Below are positions 13,306-22,534 of a stretch of DNA of 64,000 bases, in pieces; position 1 is the first letter of the stretch, and each line of letters starts with the position of its first letter. A program made the position numbers and the translations under genes. The DNA is from Chloroflexota bacterium. GTDB taxonomy: Bacteria; Chloroflexota; UBA11872. Under the pieces are notes generated by a model. That model had not been told where the DNA came from and searched no databases. It saw only the letters and a program-made list of their open reading frames with translations. The stretch covers positions 1,761,259 through 1,825,258 of the forward strand of contig CBDBOH010000003.1 in NCBI GenBank assembly GCA_965208215.1, given 5' to 3'.

Positions 13306-14103
13306 ATGGATCCGAGCGTGCTCGAATCGGTCGTGAATCGACCCGTGTTTGACCTCGGCACGCCGTACAACATGGGCATGCCGGTGCACCCGTCGCATCC
13401 CCCCTATGTGTTCACCCTGCAGCGGCGCCACGGCGACACCATGCGCCCGGGTGGACTCGGCTCGGCCAACGAGCTGATCGTCATGTGCGGCCACACCGGC
13501 ACGCACCTCGACGCGCTTGCCCACTTCGCGCGCGACGGAATCATGTGCGGCGGCCTCGAAGCGGCCAAGGTCCAAAGCGGTGGCCGCGGCATGACCGAGC
13601 ACGGCATTGAGCGGGTGCCCCCCATCGTGCGCCGCGGCGTTTTGCTCGACGTCGCCGGCGCCGAGGGCGTGGAAATCCTGCCCAACGACTTCGCCATCAC
13701 CGCCGACGTAGCCCAGGCGGTCGCCCGTGCGCACGGCGTCGACGTCCGCAAGGACGACGCCATTCTCGTCCGTACGGGTCTCATGCAACGCTGGAATGAC
13801 CCGGCCTTCCTGGACCTCGAAAACGGTCAGCCCGGCATCACCGCCGACTGCGCCGAATGGTTGGCCGAGACAGGCGTCTACCTTGGCGGCGCTGACACCA
13901 TGACCTTCGAGTTCATCCCTGCCGGCGACGACCGCCTTCCGGTCCACGGGATTTTTCTCGTTGACCACGGCATCCACATCCTCGAGAACGCCGATCTCGA
14001 ATCCCTGGCCGCCGCCGGCGTCCATGAATTCCTCTTTGTCATGTCCCCGCTCAAGATCGTCGGTGCTACTGCCTCGCCGGTCCGCCCCATCGCCATCGCC
14101 TAG
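13306..14103 (+). CDS. Cyclase family protein (kynurenine formamidase-like metal hydrolase)
   Basis: HTGTHLDALAHF, GVLLDV, ILVRTG, HGIFLVDHGIHILEN, GATASPVRPIA. Confidence 0.9.
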   Translation: MDPSVLESVVNRPVFDLGTPYNMGMPVHPSHPPYVFTLQRRHGDTMRPGGLGSANELIVMCGHTGTHLDALAHFARDGIMCGGLEAAKVQSGGRGMTEHGIERVPPIVRRGVLLDVAGAEGVEILPNDFAITADVAQAVARAHGVDVRKDDAILVRTGLMQRWNDPAFLDLENGQPGITADCAEWLAETGVYLGGADTMTFEFIPAGDDRLPVHGIFLVDHGIHILENADLESLAAAGVHEFLFVMSPLKIVGATASPVRPIAIA

Positions 14104-14138
14104 ATCAGGCAACAGACCTACCAACCTCGGAGCCGCCG

Positions 14139-15155
14139 ATGAAAGCCGCCTACCTCGAATCAGCCCTCCAGGTCCACACCCGTGACGTGCCGCTGCCCGA
14201 TCCCGGTCCCGGCGAGGTGCTCATCCGTATCCGCTCGGTCGGCGTCTGCGCCTCGGATGTCCACTACTACGAACATGGCCGCATCGGCCGCTATGTCGTC
14301 CGTGAGCCGCTCATCCTCGGTCACGAGCCCGCGGGCGAAGTCGTCGCGCTCGGATCCGGCGTCAATTCCCTCACCGAAGGTGACCGCGTCTCCATCGAAC
14401 CCGGCGTTCCCTGCCGCGCCTGTATGCACTGCCGCACCGGCCACTACAACCTCTGCGACGACGTCGTTTTCATGGCTACCCCGCCAGTCCATGGCGCCTT
14501 TGTCGAATACGTTGCCCATCCCGCCGACTTCGCGTACCGCATTCCCGATCACGTCTCGTATGACGAGGCTGCCCTCATCGAGCCGCTCTCGGTTGGCCTG
14601 TTTGCCGCCCGTCGCGGACAGGCCCGCCTGGGCGACCGCGCAGCCATCCTGGGCGCAGGCCCGATTGGCCTCATGACCCTCCTGGCCCTCCAAAGTCAGG
14701 GCATTTGCGACGTCACACTGGTCGACGTTGAACCCTTCCGCCTCCAGAAAGCTCTCGATCTCCACGCCGCCGACGCCATCGACGCCAGTGCCGAAGACGT
14801 CGGCCAGACCCGCGCCAGGCAGTTCGACCTCGTCTTCGAAACCGCCGGCAACTCCACCACCCTCACCCAGACCACCCGCATCGCCCGCCGTGGTGGCCGT
14901 GTCGTGCTGGTTGGTATGACGGACGCCGACTTGACTCCCGTCGACACCAACGAACTGGTCGACAAGGCCCTCGACGTTGCCGGCGTCTTCCGCTACGCGA
15001 ACACCTGGCCGCGCGCAGTCGACTTGCTGTCCCGCGGCGCGGTCGACCTCAAGCCCCTCATCACCGCGCACTACCCGCTCGAAGCCGCCGGCCAGGCCCT
15101 TGAAGACGCTCGCACCCGCAAGGATGCCAACATCAAGGTCATGGTCACGCCCTAG
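14139..15155 (+). CDS. Zn-dependent polyol (sorbitol-type) dehydrogenase
   Basis: GVCASDVHYYEHGRIG, GHE, CRACMHCRTGHYNLC, EPLSVG, GAGPIG, GVFRYANTWP. Confidence 0.9.
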   Translation: MKAAYLESALQVHTRDVPLPDPGPGEVLIRIRSVGVCASDVHYYEHGRIGRYVVREPLILGHEPAGEVVALGSGVNSLTEGDRVSIEPGVPCRACMHCRTGHYNLCDDVVFMATPPVHGAFVEYVAHPADFAYRIPDHVSYDEAALIEPLSVGLFAARRGQARLGDRAAILGAGPIGLMTLLALQSQGICDVTLVDVEPFRLQKALDLHAADAIDASAEDVGQTRARQFDLVFETAGNSTTLTQTTRIARRGGRVVLVGMTDADLTPVDTNELVDKALDVAGVFRYANTWPRAVDLLSRGAVDLKPLITAHYPLEAAGQALEDARTRKDANIKVMVTP

Positions 15156-15226
15156 CGCTCTTGCCCGCCCCGTCGATTCGGTACTACCGTGACCCCGCCG
15201 CCGAGTAGTGACGCAGAATCTCGACC

Positions 15227-15733
15227 ATGCCCCGCGCCGAAGGCTCAACCACATTCGCAACCGGCGATCGCGCACCGGACTTCCACGTGCCCGTGGCGGG
15301 AACCGACGAACACGTCACGTTGCAGGACTTTGCCGGTCGGTGGCTTTGCCTGGTCTTCCTCAGACATACCTGGTGACTGAGCTGCCAGGGCTACCTGGCG
15401 CGGCTCGAGGTCGAGCTGGACGAGTGGACGCGAAGGGGTGCCGCCGTCGCCGGCGTATTCCCACAGGGCCTTGACGCCGTTTCGGGATTCGCCACGCGCG
15501 AAGAGATTCCGTTTCCGATTTTGGCCGATCCCGACCGCCAGATGACTCGCGACTACGGCGTGTACGTCCGGTTCCGCTACGACTCCTGGAACACCGCGCG
15601 GCCGTCTGTGTTCCTTATCGATCCCGCCGGGATGGTGCGCAAGCTGTGGGTCGGTAGTCACCAACTCGACTGGCCCGTGACCGCGGACTTCTGGCAGGTG
15701 ATCGACGGCCATGAAGCGAACGGTGAGCAATGA
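15227..15733 (+). CDS. Peroxiredoxin-like (AhpC/TSA) protein with an in-frame UGA; probable selenoprotein, 168 aa
   Basis: One frame from ATG 15227 to TGA 15733 with a single internal TGA at 15374-15376: GDRAPDFHVP...VFLRHTW-U-LSCQ...FPILADPDRQMTRDYGV...RPSVFLIDPAG. Confidence 0.8.
15379..15406 (+). promoter_or_regulatory. Candidate bacterial SECIS hairpin
   Basis: GAGC-T-GCCAGG-(GCTA)-CCTGGC-GCG-GCTC immediately 3' of the UGA. Confidence 0.5.
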
Positions 15734-15836
15734 CCGCAACGGAAAGTTCAAGCCTTCTATACTCGGAGCGTGGCGCCCGGAAGTACTGAGCACCACATGC
15801 AGCGGAAGGGTGGACCGCTGGCACCGGAGGACCACC

Positions 15837-16040
15837 ATGACCGCAGGCGAGACCAGCGCCGACCCTGGACTTGAAGTTTCACGACTCGGCCACCGCATGA
15901 GCCGGCTCGAAGGCGCCTGCGAACACCTCGCAACCAAGGCTGACCTCAAGGACCTTGAACTGCGTCTTACGCTGCGCGTGCTCAGCATCGTCGGAGCCGC
16001 CACCGGCCTCATCATCGCCGTCGATCGGCTGTGGTCGTAA
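15837..16040 (+). CDS. Small coiled-coil plus TM protein (DUF1640/CCDC90-like), 67 aa
   Basis: GGAGG RBS before ATG 15837; HLATKADLKDLELRLTLR followed by a hydrophobic tail. Confidence 0.65.
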   Translation: MTAGETSADPGLEVSRLGHRMSRLEGACEHLATKADLKDLELRLTLRVLSIVGAATGLIIAVDRLWS

Positions 16041-16052
16041 GCAGTCCGCGCC

Positions 16053-18209
16053 TTAGTCGACGGCTGCCCTGAGCAAGTCGGCCAGATGCACGGGCCGACC
16101 CGCACCTGCGACTGTCGGCCCCTCCTTCAAGTGCATCAGGCACCCGGGGTTGTCCGCACACACCACCTCCGCGCCCGTGGCGGCGAACGCCTCCAGCTTG
16201 CGGGCGCGCATCCGTTTCGCCACCTCCGGGTGATCGAAGGAGAAGGAGCCGCCGAAGCCGCAGCATTCGCCTGAAGGGGCGGCTTCGACGACCGTATAGC
16301 CGGCGTCGGTGAGCAGCTCGCGCGTCTCCGGTCCCAGCCCCAGGCCGTGCTTGGACTGGCAGGCGTCATGGATCGTCACCACGCCGCTTGCGCGACCCAG
16401 CATCTCGTCGGGGATTCCCCGCTCCGCTACATAGCTTGTGAAGTCGCGCACCTTGGCGGCCGCCGCCCGGGCACGCTCGGTCCACGCCGGATCGTCCTCT
16501 GACAGCCGCGCGTAGTCATGCAGCATCGCCCCGGCGCAGCTGGTAGACGTGCTCACGACCGCGTCTACCTCTAGGCATTCAATGGCTTCGACCGTCTGAC
16601 GCATCATCCGCGTGGCCTCATCCTTGTACCCCGCGTTGATCGCCGGTAGCCCGCAGCACGAGGAGAACTGCACCGGCTCCACGGCGACCCCCAACGCCTC
16701 CAAGACCGCCACCGCCGCCTCGCCGGTCTCCGGCGACAGCCAGTCCGTCAGGCAACCGGGGAAGTAAGCCACCTTGGTGGTCGTCTCGGGACTAGTAGTC
16801 GCGGCGTCGCCAATTCGGTCACGGAATGGGCGCCGCTGCACCTTCGGCAGCGGCCGTCGTTTCAGCGGCGACCCCGGCAGCCGGCGGCCCAGCGCCTGCA
16901 GCCACGGAGCCTTCGAAGCCAGCCGCGCTCCGCGCTCCAGCAACCGTTCGTCCGCAAGCGCACCCAGCGCACGTTTCTTGATCGTGTTGCTGGAATGCCC
17001 CTCGGCCACTGCCCGCTCGCGCACGTCAAGGATCAGGTCTGGAATCGATATCCCTGCCGGACAAACGCTCGCGCATGCCCCGCAGCCGGCACAGAGCGAT
17101 TGTGGCCCGGCAATGTGTTCCAGGCCGTGGTGATAGGGCGTCACCAGCAGTCCGATGGGCCCTGTGTAGATGTGCCCCATCGCGTGCCCGCCTACCTGCT
17201 GGTAGACCGGGCAGACGTTCGAGCAGGCTCCGCAGCGCACGCACTGCAGGGCCGATCGCATGCGCGGGTTGCTGCGAATGGCCTCGCGCCCGTTGTCCAG
17301 CAGCACGATGTGGACGTGCCGCGGCCCGTGCACGCCCATCGACAGCGAAAGCTCGATGTCCGCGCTGCGGCTCGGCCCTGAGATGAACGAGACGTACGTC
17401 GAGATCGGCTGACCGGTGGCGCTGCGCGGCAGACTCTCCAGCATCGTCGTGGCGTCGGCCAGGGTGGGCACCAGCTTGTCGATGCCGGCGATCACGATGT
17501 GCACCGGCGGCAGCGCGCTGGCCAGCCGCGTGTTGCCCTCGTTGCATACCAGCATCACGGTCCCTGTTGCGGCCACGAGTGCGTTCGCACCCGTGATGCC
17601 CGCGCCGGCCTCAATGAAGCGGCTGCGCAGGTGGCGCGCCGCCGCGCCCACCAGCACGTCGGGATCCGGCGGCAGGTCTTCGCCGGTGGCCCGGCTGATC
17701 AGTTCGGCCGCGCGCTCGCGGACGATGTGAAGGGCGGGCGCGACGATGTGGGACGGGCGCTCCCCGGCCACCTGGACCAGGAACTCGCCGAGGTCGGTCT
17801 CGACGACCTCGATGCCGTCGTCCTCGAGGGCGGCGTTGAGCTGAATTTCCTCGGTGGCCATTGACTTGCTCTTGACCACCATCTGGACCTCGTGGTCGTG
17901 CAACACCTGCAGCGCCGTCGCCACGGCACCCGCGGCATCGGTGGGCCCGTGCACGACGGTGCCCACGGCCTCGGCCGCGGCTGTGAACTCCTCGATCAGC
18001 TCCGGCATCCGGTCCAGCGCCGCCTGTCGGCGGCCGCCCAGGTCGGCCTGGCTGCTCGGGAAGTCGCGAGCGCTGAAAGCCGCGTCGCGACGCTCGCTCA
18101 GCTGCGGGAGCGAGCGTCCCAGGGCCACCGGCAGCGACTCCGATTCGAGCGCCTCCCGCAGCCGGTCCTTGAACGGCGGAATTGCGTGCGCTGCGCTACC
18201 GGCCGACAT
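16053..18209 (-). CDS. LUD-domain Fe-S protein; fusion of lactate-utilisation LutB-like and LutA-like (CCG) regions
   Basis: KSKSMATEEI, ETDLGEF, GPSRSADIE, CVRCGACSNVCP, CAGCGACASVCP, then CCG, CHDACQ-like HDACQ and ECCGFGGSF. Confidence 0.88.
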   Translation of the reverse strand: MSAGSAAHAIPPFKDRLREALESESLPVALGRSLPQLSERRDAAFSARDFPSSQADLGGRRQAALDRMPELIEEFTAAAEAVGTVVHGPTDAAGAVATALQVLHDHEVQMVVKSKSMATEEIQLNAALEDDGIEVVETDLGEFLVQVAGERPSHIVAPALHIVRERAAELISRATGEDLPPDPDVLVGAAARHLRSRFIEAGAGITGANALVAATGTVMLVCNEGNTRLASALPPVHIVIAGIDKLVPTLADATTMLESLPRSATGQPISTYVSFISGPSRSADIELSLSMGVHGPRHVHIVLLDNGREAIRSNPRMRSALQCVRCGACSNVCPVYQQVGGHAMGHIYTGPIGLLVTPYHHGLEHIAGPQSLCAGCGACASVCPAGISIPDLILDVRERAVAEGHSSNTIKKRALGALADERLLERGARLASKAPWLQALGRRLPGSPLKRRPLPKVQRRPFRDRIGDAATTSPETTTKVAYFPGCLTDWLSPETGEAAVAVLEALGVAVEPVQFSSCCGLPAINAGYKDEATRMMRQTVEAIECLEVDAVVSTSTSCAGAMLHDYARLSEDDPAWTERARAAAAKVRDFTSYVAERGIPDEMLGRASGVVTIHDACQSKHGLGLGPETRELLTDAGYTVVEAAPSGECCGFGGSFSFDHPEVAKRMRARKLEAFAATGAEVVCADNPGCLMHLKEGPTVAGAGRPVHLADLLRAAVD

Positions 18210-18251
18210 CAGTGCCTCGTCGCTTGCGGTACAGCGCGCACACGGGCGGGC

Positions 18252-19256
18252 CTACCAGGGCATGCGGTGGTAGTCGGTCAGGTGCACCTCGCGGCCGGTG
18301 ATGCTGGACGTCTCGGCAGCCTGCAGAACTTCGATGACGTGGCGGCCGTACTCGCTGCTGGTCTGCGGCCGCATGCCCATCTCGATCGATTGGGCGAAGT
18401 GGCGGTACTGCTCGCAGAATCCGTGCCTGCCGTCGTGCTCCACCTCCCGCCACTCGTTCTTCTGGCCGACCCGCACCGATCCGCGGATGGTGTACTGGAT
18501 TTCGCCCAGCGCGCAATGCGCCTCGATTCCGTCGGTCGCGCAGCCGTTGACGCTGCCCACCACCACCAGGAGGCCGGGAACCCCGTTGGCGTACTGCACG
18601 AACGCCGTGGTCACATCGTCGGCGCCCTGATAGTGCATGGAGGTGCTCTGCTTGGCCTTCACGGCCACGGCCCTCGACCCAACGCAGTGGGTCAGCCAGT
18701 CCACGGCGTGGACGCCGTTGCCCATCCACATGCCGCCGCCCATCCAGCGCGTGCGGTACTGGTAGCGGCGTCCGCCGAAGCCCCAGTTCTTGTTGAAGCG
18801 CGACAGCGCCGTGACCACCGGGCCGAGCTCGTTGGAGTCCAGGATCTCGCGCGCCTTGCGCGGCGCCGGGTGGAAGCGGCCGGTCAGCCCGACTTGCAGG
18901 ATCTTGCCGGAGGCCTGCTCGGCCTCGATCATGCGGTCGCATTCCTCCAGCGTGTTGGCCATCGGCTTCTCGACCAGCACGTGACGTCCGGCGTTCAGCG
19001 CGTCGACGGTCAGGTCGGCGTGCAGGTGGTGGCCCAGGATGATGGCCACGGCGTCGACATTGGGGTCTTCCAGCAGCTTGTGGTGGTTGGGGTAGACCGC
19101 CGGGATTTCCCACTCCTTGCGATGGGACTCCCGCAGTTCCTCCACCAGGTCGGCCGCGGCCACGCAGCGCGCGAACCCCTCGTCCTCGGCGATCTTCAGC
19201 GCGGTGAGGTGCGCATTCGCGATTCCGCCCAGTCCGACTACTCCGATACCAAGCAT
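18252..19256 (-). CDS. Gfo/Idh/MocA-family oxidoreductase
   Basis: ATG 19256 with GGAGG RBS; IGVVGLGGIA, HVLVEKPMA, GGGMWMGNGVHAVD. Confidence 0.9.
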   Translation of the reverse strand: MLGIGVVGLGGIANAHLTALKIAEDEGFARCVAAADLVEELRESHRKEWEIPAVYPNHHKLLEDPNVDAVAIILGHHLHADLTVDALNAGRHVLVEKPMANTLEECDRMIEAEQASGKILQVGLTGRFHPAPRKAREILDSNELGPVVTALSRFNKNWGFGGRRYQYRTRWMGGGMWMGNGVHAVDWLTHCVGSRAVAVKAKQSTSMHYQGADDVTTAFVQYANGVPGLLVVVGSVNGCATDGIEAHCALGEIQYTIRGSVRVGQKNEWREVEHDGRHGFCEQYRHFAQSIEMGMRPQTSSEYGRHVIEVLQAAETSSITGREVHLTDYHRMPW

Positions 19257-19342
19257 CGAGCCCTCCGAAATCCGGAACCACTGCCGTGGGCAACCATGGT
19301 GCCAGCGCCCCGCGCAGTCGGCATCCCGGGCCGGCGAGTGCG

Positions 19343-19408
19343 ACTGCGAAGTGGGCGCCTTCGCGCACGTAAGAGTTTTTTCCAAAAAACTCTTGAGCTG
19401 CGGCGGGG
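19343..19408 (-). repeat. Dispersed intergenic repeat, copy 2, with a perfect AAGAGTTTTTT-CC-AAAAAACTCTT palindrome
   Basis: Core at 19371-19394; aligns with 3008-3075. Confidence 0.8.
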
Positions 19409-19635
19409 CGCTCTTGGGCGGCGTTTGGGGTGCGTCGGGCGCCGCGGACAGGAGGCTGATTAGCGCCGGCCTGGAGCGATGCGAGCGGCAGGCCGCGGGG
19501 TGAGGTAACGGCGGCGCGTTGCTCGACAGGCTCAGGTCGCACGGTGGGGTCAGCAGGCATCCGGAAATGGGGTTGCGGAGACATCGGGACTAGTGTACTC
19601 TGAAGGAGAACGAAAGACAAGTGCACTCCCTTGTA

Positions 19636-19835
19636 GCAGCCGGCGAGGTCTGCGGACGAGGGTGGCGGTCAGTGACTCGGAAGGTGGCACGCACTATCGA
19701 CGACGCGGACACGGCTCCAACGAGAGCCAAACAAATCAGCCTCGAGACGGCGTACGGCTCCGTGAAGCCGTCGACCAAGTTCGAGGACTTCCAGGAACCA
19801 GCTCGGATCGCCAAAGACGAGAAGGCCGCGGAGCA
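19636..19835 (+). pseudogene. Degenerate AbrB-type antitoxin remnant
   Basis: RKVARTIDDADTAPTRAKQISLETAYGSVKPSTKFEDFQEPARIAKDEKA aligns with the intact antitoxin at 37099 (DKVAFTIDDTG...TLESAYGSVRPTAQPEDFEQLSRDAKDEKA). The N-terminus is eroded and no toxin follows. Confidence 0.75.
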
Positions 19836-19861
19836 CTTCGCGCGCTTCGACCGGTCCCACG

Positions 19862-20165
19862 GTCGGCGTTCGCGAAAGCTCGGTCATGCGCATGGACGAC
19901 GGCTACCGCGCCTACCGCAACCGATGTCCTCTCCTGCAGGGTCCCGTGTGCACGGGTCCCGTCAGCGGCACCCGGGTCGCCAACGCCAATGCCGACAGGC
20001 TTCCAGTCTGGGACCTGAAAGGCCGCATGCTCATCTGCGCCTGGCACAGCATGAAGTTCGAGCTCGACACCGGACGCTGCCTCCGTGCCCGCGCCGAGCG
20101 CCTGCGCGCATATCCCGTCGAGTTGAGCGAGGATCAGGTGTTTGTGCTGATTGGCCGACGGCCAT
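19862..20165 (+). pseudogene. Degenerate Rieske ferredoxin remnant
   Basis: Colinear with 44315-44710, but CPHQQG has become CPLLQG (first His ligand lost) and the N-terminus is missing. Confidence 0.8.
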
Positions 20166-20269
20166 GTGCCGGACCTGGCGGACAACGCTCTCGGTCTACA
20201 AAAGAACCGCATCAGGGGCTACGATTGGCACCCTGTCCGTGCCAAGCCACGACTAGCAAGGGTCGCCCG

Positions 20270-21421
20270 GTGGTTGAAGTGCCAGTCAGCTCCGCAGACG
20301 CAGCAAACCCTGCCGTTGACGAAGTCGACGATGAGCAGGACCTTGGTGTCGAACCTGAACGAGATGCGTCGCAGATTACGCATCCGTTCAAGCCAGAGCA
20401 GATTAAGATCAGCACCGACCAGACAATTGTCGATCTTATGGTCTCGCGCATTGACCATAAGGCAATTGACTTGTCACCTGACTTTCAGCGACACCGGGGC
20501 ATCTGGAGCTATGAGCGACGGAGTCGGCTAATTGAATCGCTGCTGCTGCGAATCCCAATTCCGGTGTTCTATGTGGCTGCCGATGAATCTGATAACTGGT
20601 CAGTTGTCGATGGTGTGCAACGCATGTCCACAATCTACGACTATGTGACTGGTTCATTTGCACTCAATCGTCTACAGTATTTGACGGACTTGGAGGGGCT
20701 AGTATTTGAAGATCTGCCATGGTCGATGCAGCGAAGAATCAGGGAAACTACATTGATTGTCAATGTGATTCAGCCAGGCACTCCTCCTGAGGTGATGTTT
20801 AATATCTTCCTCCGTATCAATACTGGAGGAATGGTCTTGAATGCCCAAGAGATTCGTCACGCACTCCATCCGGGACCAGTTCGCGAGTATCTGAGCAGAC
20901 TTGTAGAGTCGGAGGAATTCAAGCGTGCGACTGATGGATCAATTAATCCAAAGCGAATGTCGGACCGCGAGTGTGTACTTCGCTTTTTGGCATTTTATAT
21001 CGACGGATGGGAGTCTTATTCGGAGAACAACTTAGATGGTTATCTGGGTTCCGTAATGGAAAAGCTAAATAGGATGTCCATGATAGAACGTGAGAATATC
21101 TTTGTGGAGTTTAAGAAGGCGATGCGGGCGGGATTTGAGATCTTCGGCTTGAATGCGTTCCGCAAGCCGCCCCAAGATGGTAGGTTTCCGATCAATAGAT
21201 CGTTGTTCGAAGCGTGGGCTGTGCAATTCGCGCGGTGCCCAGATTCTCAATTGAGGATCCTTGTCGAACGAAGGGATGCTGTGCAGGCTAGCTTTCGCGA
21301 ATTGATGACTGAAGATGAGGACTTCAATCGGTCGGTTTCGCTCTCAACTGGTGCGCCAGCTCGGGTGAGGAAGAGGTTTGCGGAGATAGAATATCTAGTT
21401 CAGGAGATTGTAGAGTGCTAG
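20270..21421 (+). CDS. DUF262 (GmrSD-N/ParB-like) protein; Menshen NsnA-like
   Basis: PDFQRHRGIW, SRLIESLLLRIPIP, VVDGVQR, FLRINTGG. Probable GTG start at 20270 with AAGGG upstream; the frame is open back to 19886. Confidence 0.85.
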   Translation: MVEVPVSSADAANPAVDEVDDEQDLGVEPERDASQITHPFKPEQIKISTDQTIVDLMVSRIDHKAIDLSPDFQRHRGIWSYERRSRLIESLLLRIPIPVFYVAADESDNWSVVDGVQRMSTIYDYVTGSFALNRLQYLTDLEGLVFEDLPWSMQRRIRETTLIVNVIQPGTPPEVMFNIFLRINTGGMVLNAQEIRHALHPGPVREYLSRLVESEEFKRATDGSINPKRMSDRECVLRFLAFYIDGWESYSENNLDGYLGSVMEKLNRMSMIERENIFVEFKKAMRAGFEIFGLNAFRKPPQDGRFPINRSLFEAWAVQFARCPDSQLRILVERRDAVQASFRELMTEDEDFNRSVSLSTGAPARVRKRFAEIEYLVQEIVEC

Positions 21422-22533
21422 ACAGAATCAAACTCTCGAATTTCAAGTGCTTTGAGCAGTTGGACTTGTCATGTGGTCCACTTAATCTTCTTTGCGGATT
21501 AAACGGTATGGGTAAGAGCAGTGTAGTGCAGGCTTTACTCGTACTTCGCCAGTCCTTTGAGACCCGTGAATTGCTTGAAGGTCGTCTAGTTCTTGGGGGA
21601 GAGCGCGTTGATCTTGGAGCGGGTGCTGACGTTTTATATGAAGATGCCAGACTGGCGTCGATTGGATTTGAAATACGGAGTACCGAGGTCGAAGATCCTC
21701 TGGAGTTGGACTTCAGATACTCAAGGACTTCTGATCAGCTGACAGCGCTCGTCTTTAAGGCCCGGGACTATTTGCCGATCGCGTGGCGTGGTGTTCCGCC
21801 GTTCGGTGGCAATCTCGTGTATGTGAATGCAGAGCGCGTGGGCCCGAGGAAATTGTTCCCACAGTCGGAGGTAATGGCTAACCAAGCAGACTTTGGCACG
21901 AGCGGTGAATTCGCGTGGAATTATTTGAGCAGCCGACAGAACGATGTGCTAGATGTGGATGATCCCCGATGTATGGTCGGAAATGAGCGCAGGCTGCGAG
22001 ATGTCGTTGACCAGTGGATGCAAGACGTGAGTCCCGGGGTGCATTTGCATCTGCAAGAGATTCCAGCTGCTGATGCCATAATTCCTAGTTTCTCATTTGA
22101 CCGTCCTGGTGATGTCCCGACGCGTCCCTTTCGCGCAACGAATGTCGGATTCGGACTGTCATACGTATTGTCGGTGATCCTTGCACTCCTCTCACCGGCA
22201 GGCACACTATGCCTAATTGAGAACCCAGAATCGCACCTACATCCACGTGGACAGACGAAGCTTGCTGAACTAGCGGCTCGGGCAGCGCTTGCCGGAGTTC
22301 AGGTATTTGCGGAGACCCACAGCGACCACTTCATGGACGGCATCCGCATCGCTGTGCGTGATGGACTGATCGCGCCAACGGACGCATATTTTAATTACTT
22401 TGAGCGAGACGGGGGCAAGGCACTTGTGTCGTCCCCCGACATAGACTCGGACGGTCGCTTGTCTCACTGGCCGATCGGCTTCTTCGATCAGCACGAGGAG
22501 AATCTAGCAAGGCTACTCGCGCCGAGATCCTGA
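21415..22533 (+). CDS. AAA_21/ABC-type ATPase with C-terminal DUF3696; Menshen NsnB-like
   Basis: LSNFKCF, GLNGMGKSS, NVGFGLSYVL, IENPESHLHPRGQ, ETHSDH, WPIGFFDQ; overlaps the upstream stop. Confidence 0.88.
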   Translation: MLDRIKLSNFKCFEQLDLSCGPLNLLCGLNGMGKSSVVQALLVLRQSFETRELLEGRLVLGGERVDLGAGADVLYEDARLASIGFEIRSTEVEDPLELDFRYSRTSDQLTALVFKARDYLPIAWRGVPPFGGNLVYVNAERVGPRKLFPQSEVMANQADFGTSGEFAWNYLSSRQNDVLDVDDPRCMVGNERRLRDVVDQWMQDVSPGVHLHLQEIPAADAIIPSFSFDRPGDVPTRPFRATNVGFGLSYVLSVILALLSPAGTLCLIENPESHLHPRGQTKLAELAARAALAGVQVFAETHSDHFMDGIRIAVRDGLIAPTDAYFNYFERDGGKALVSSPDIDSDGRLSHWPIGFFDQHEENLARLLAPRS

Positions 22534-22534
22534 A

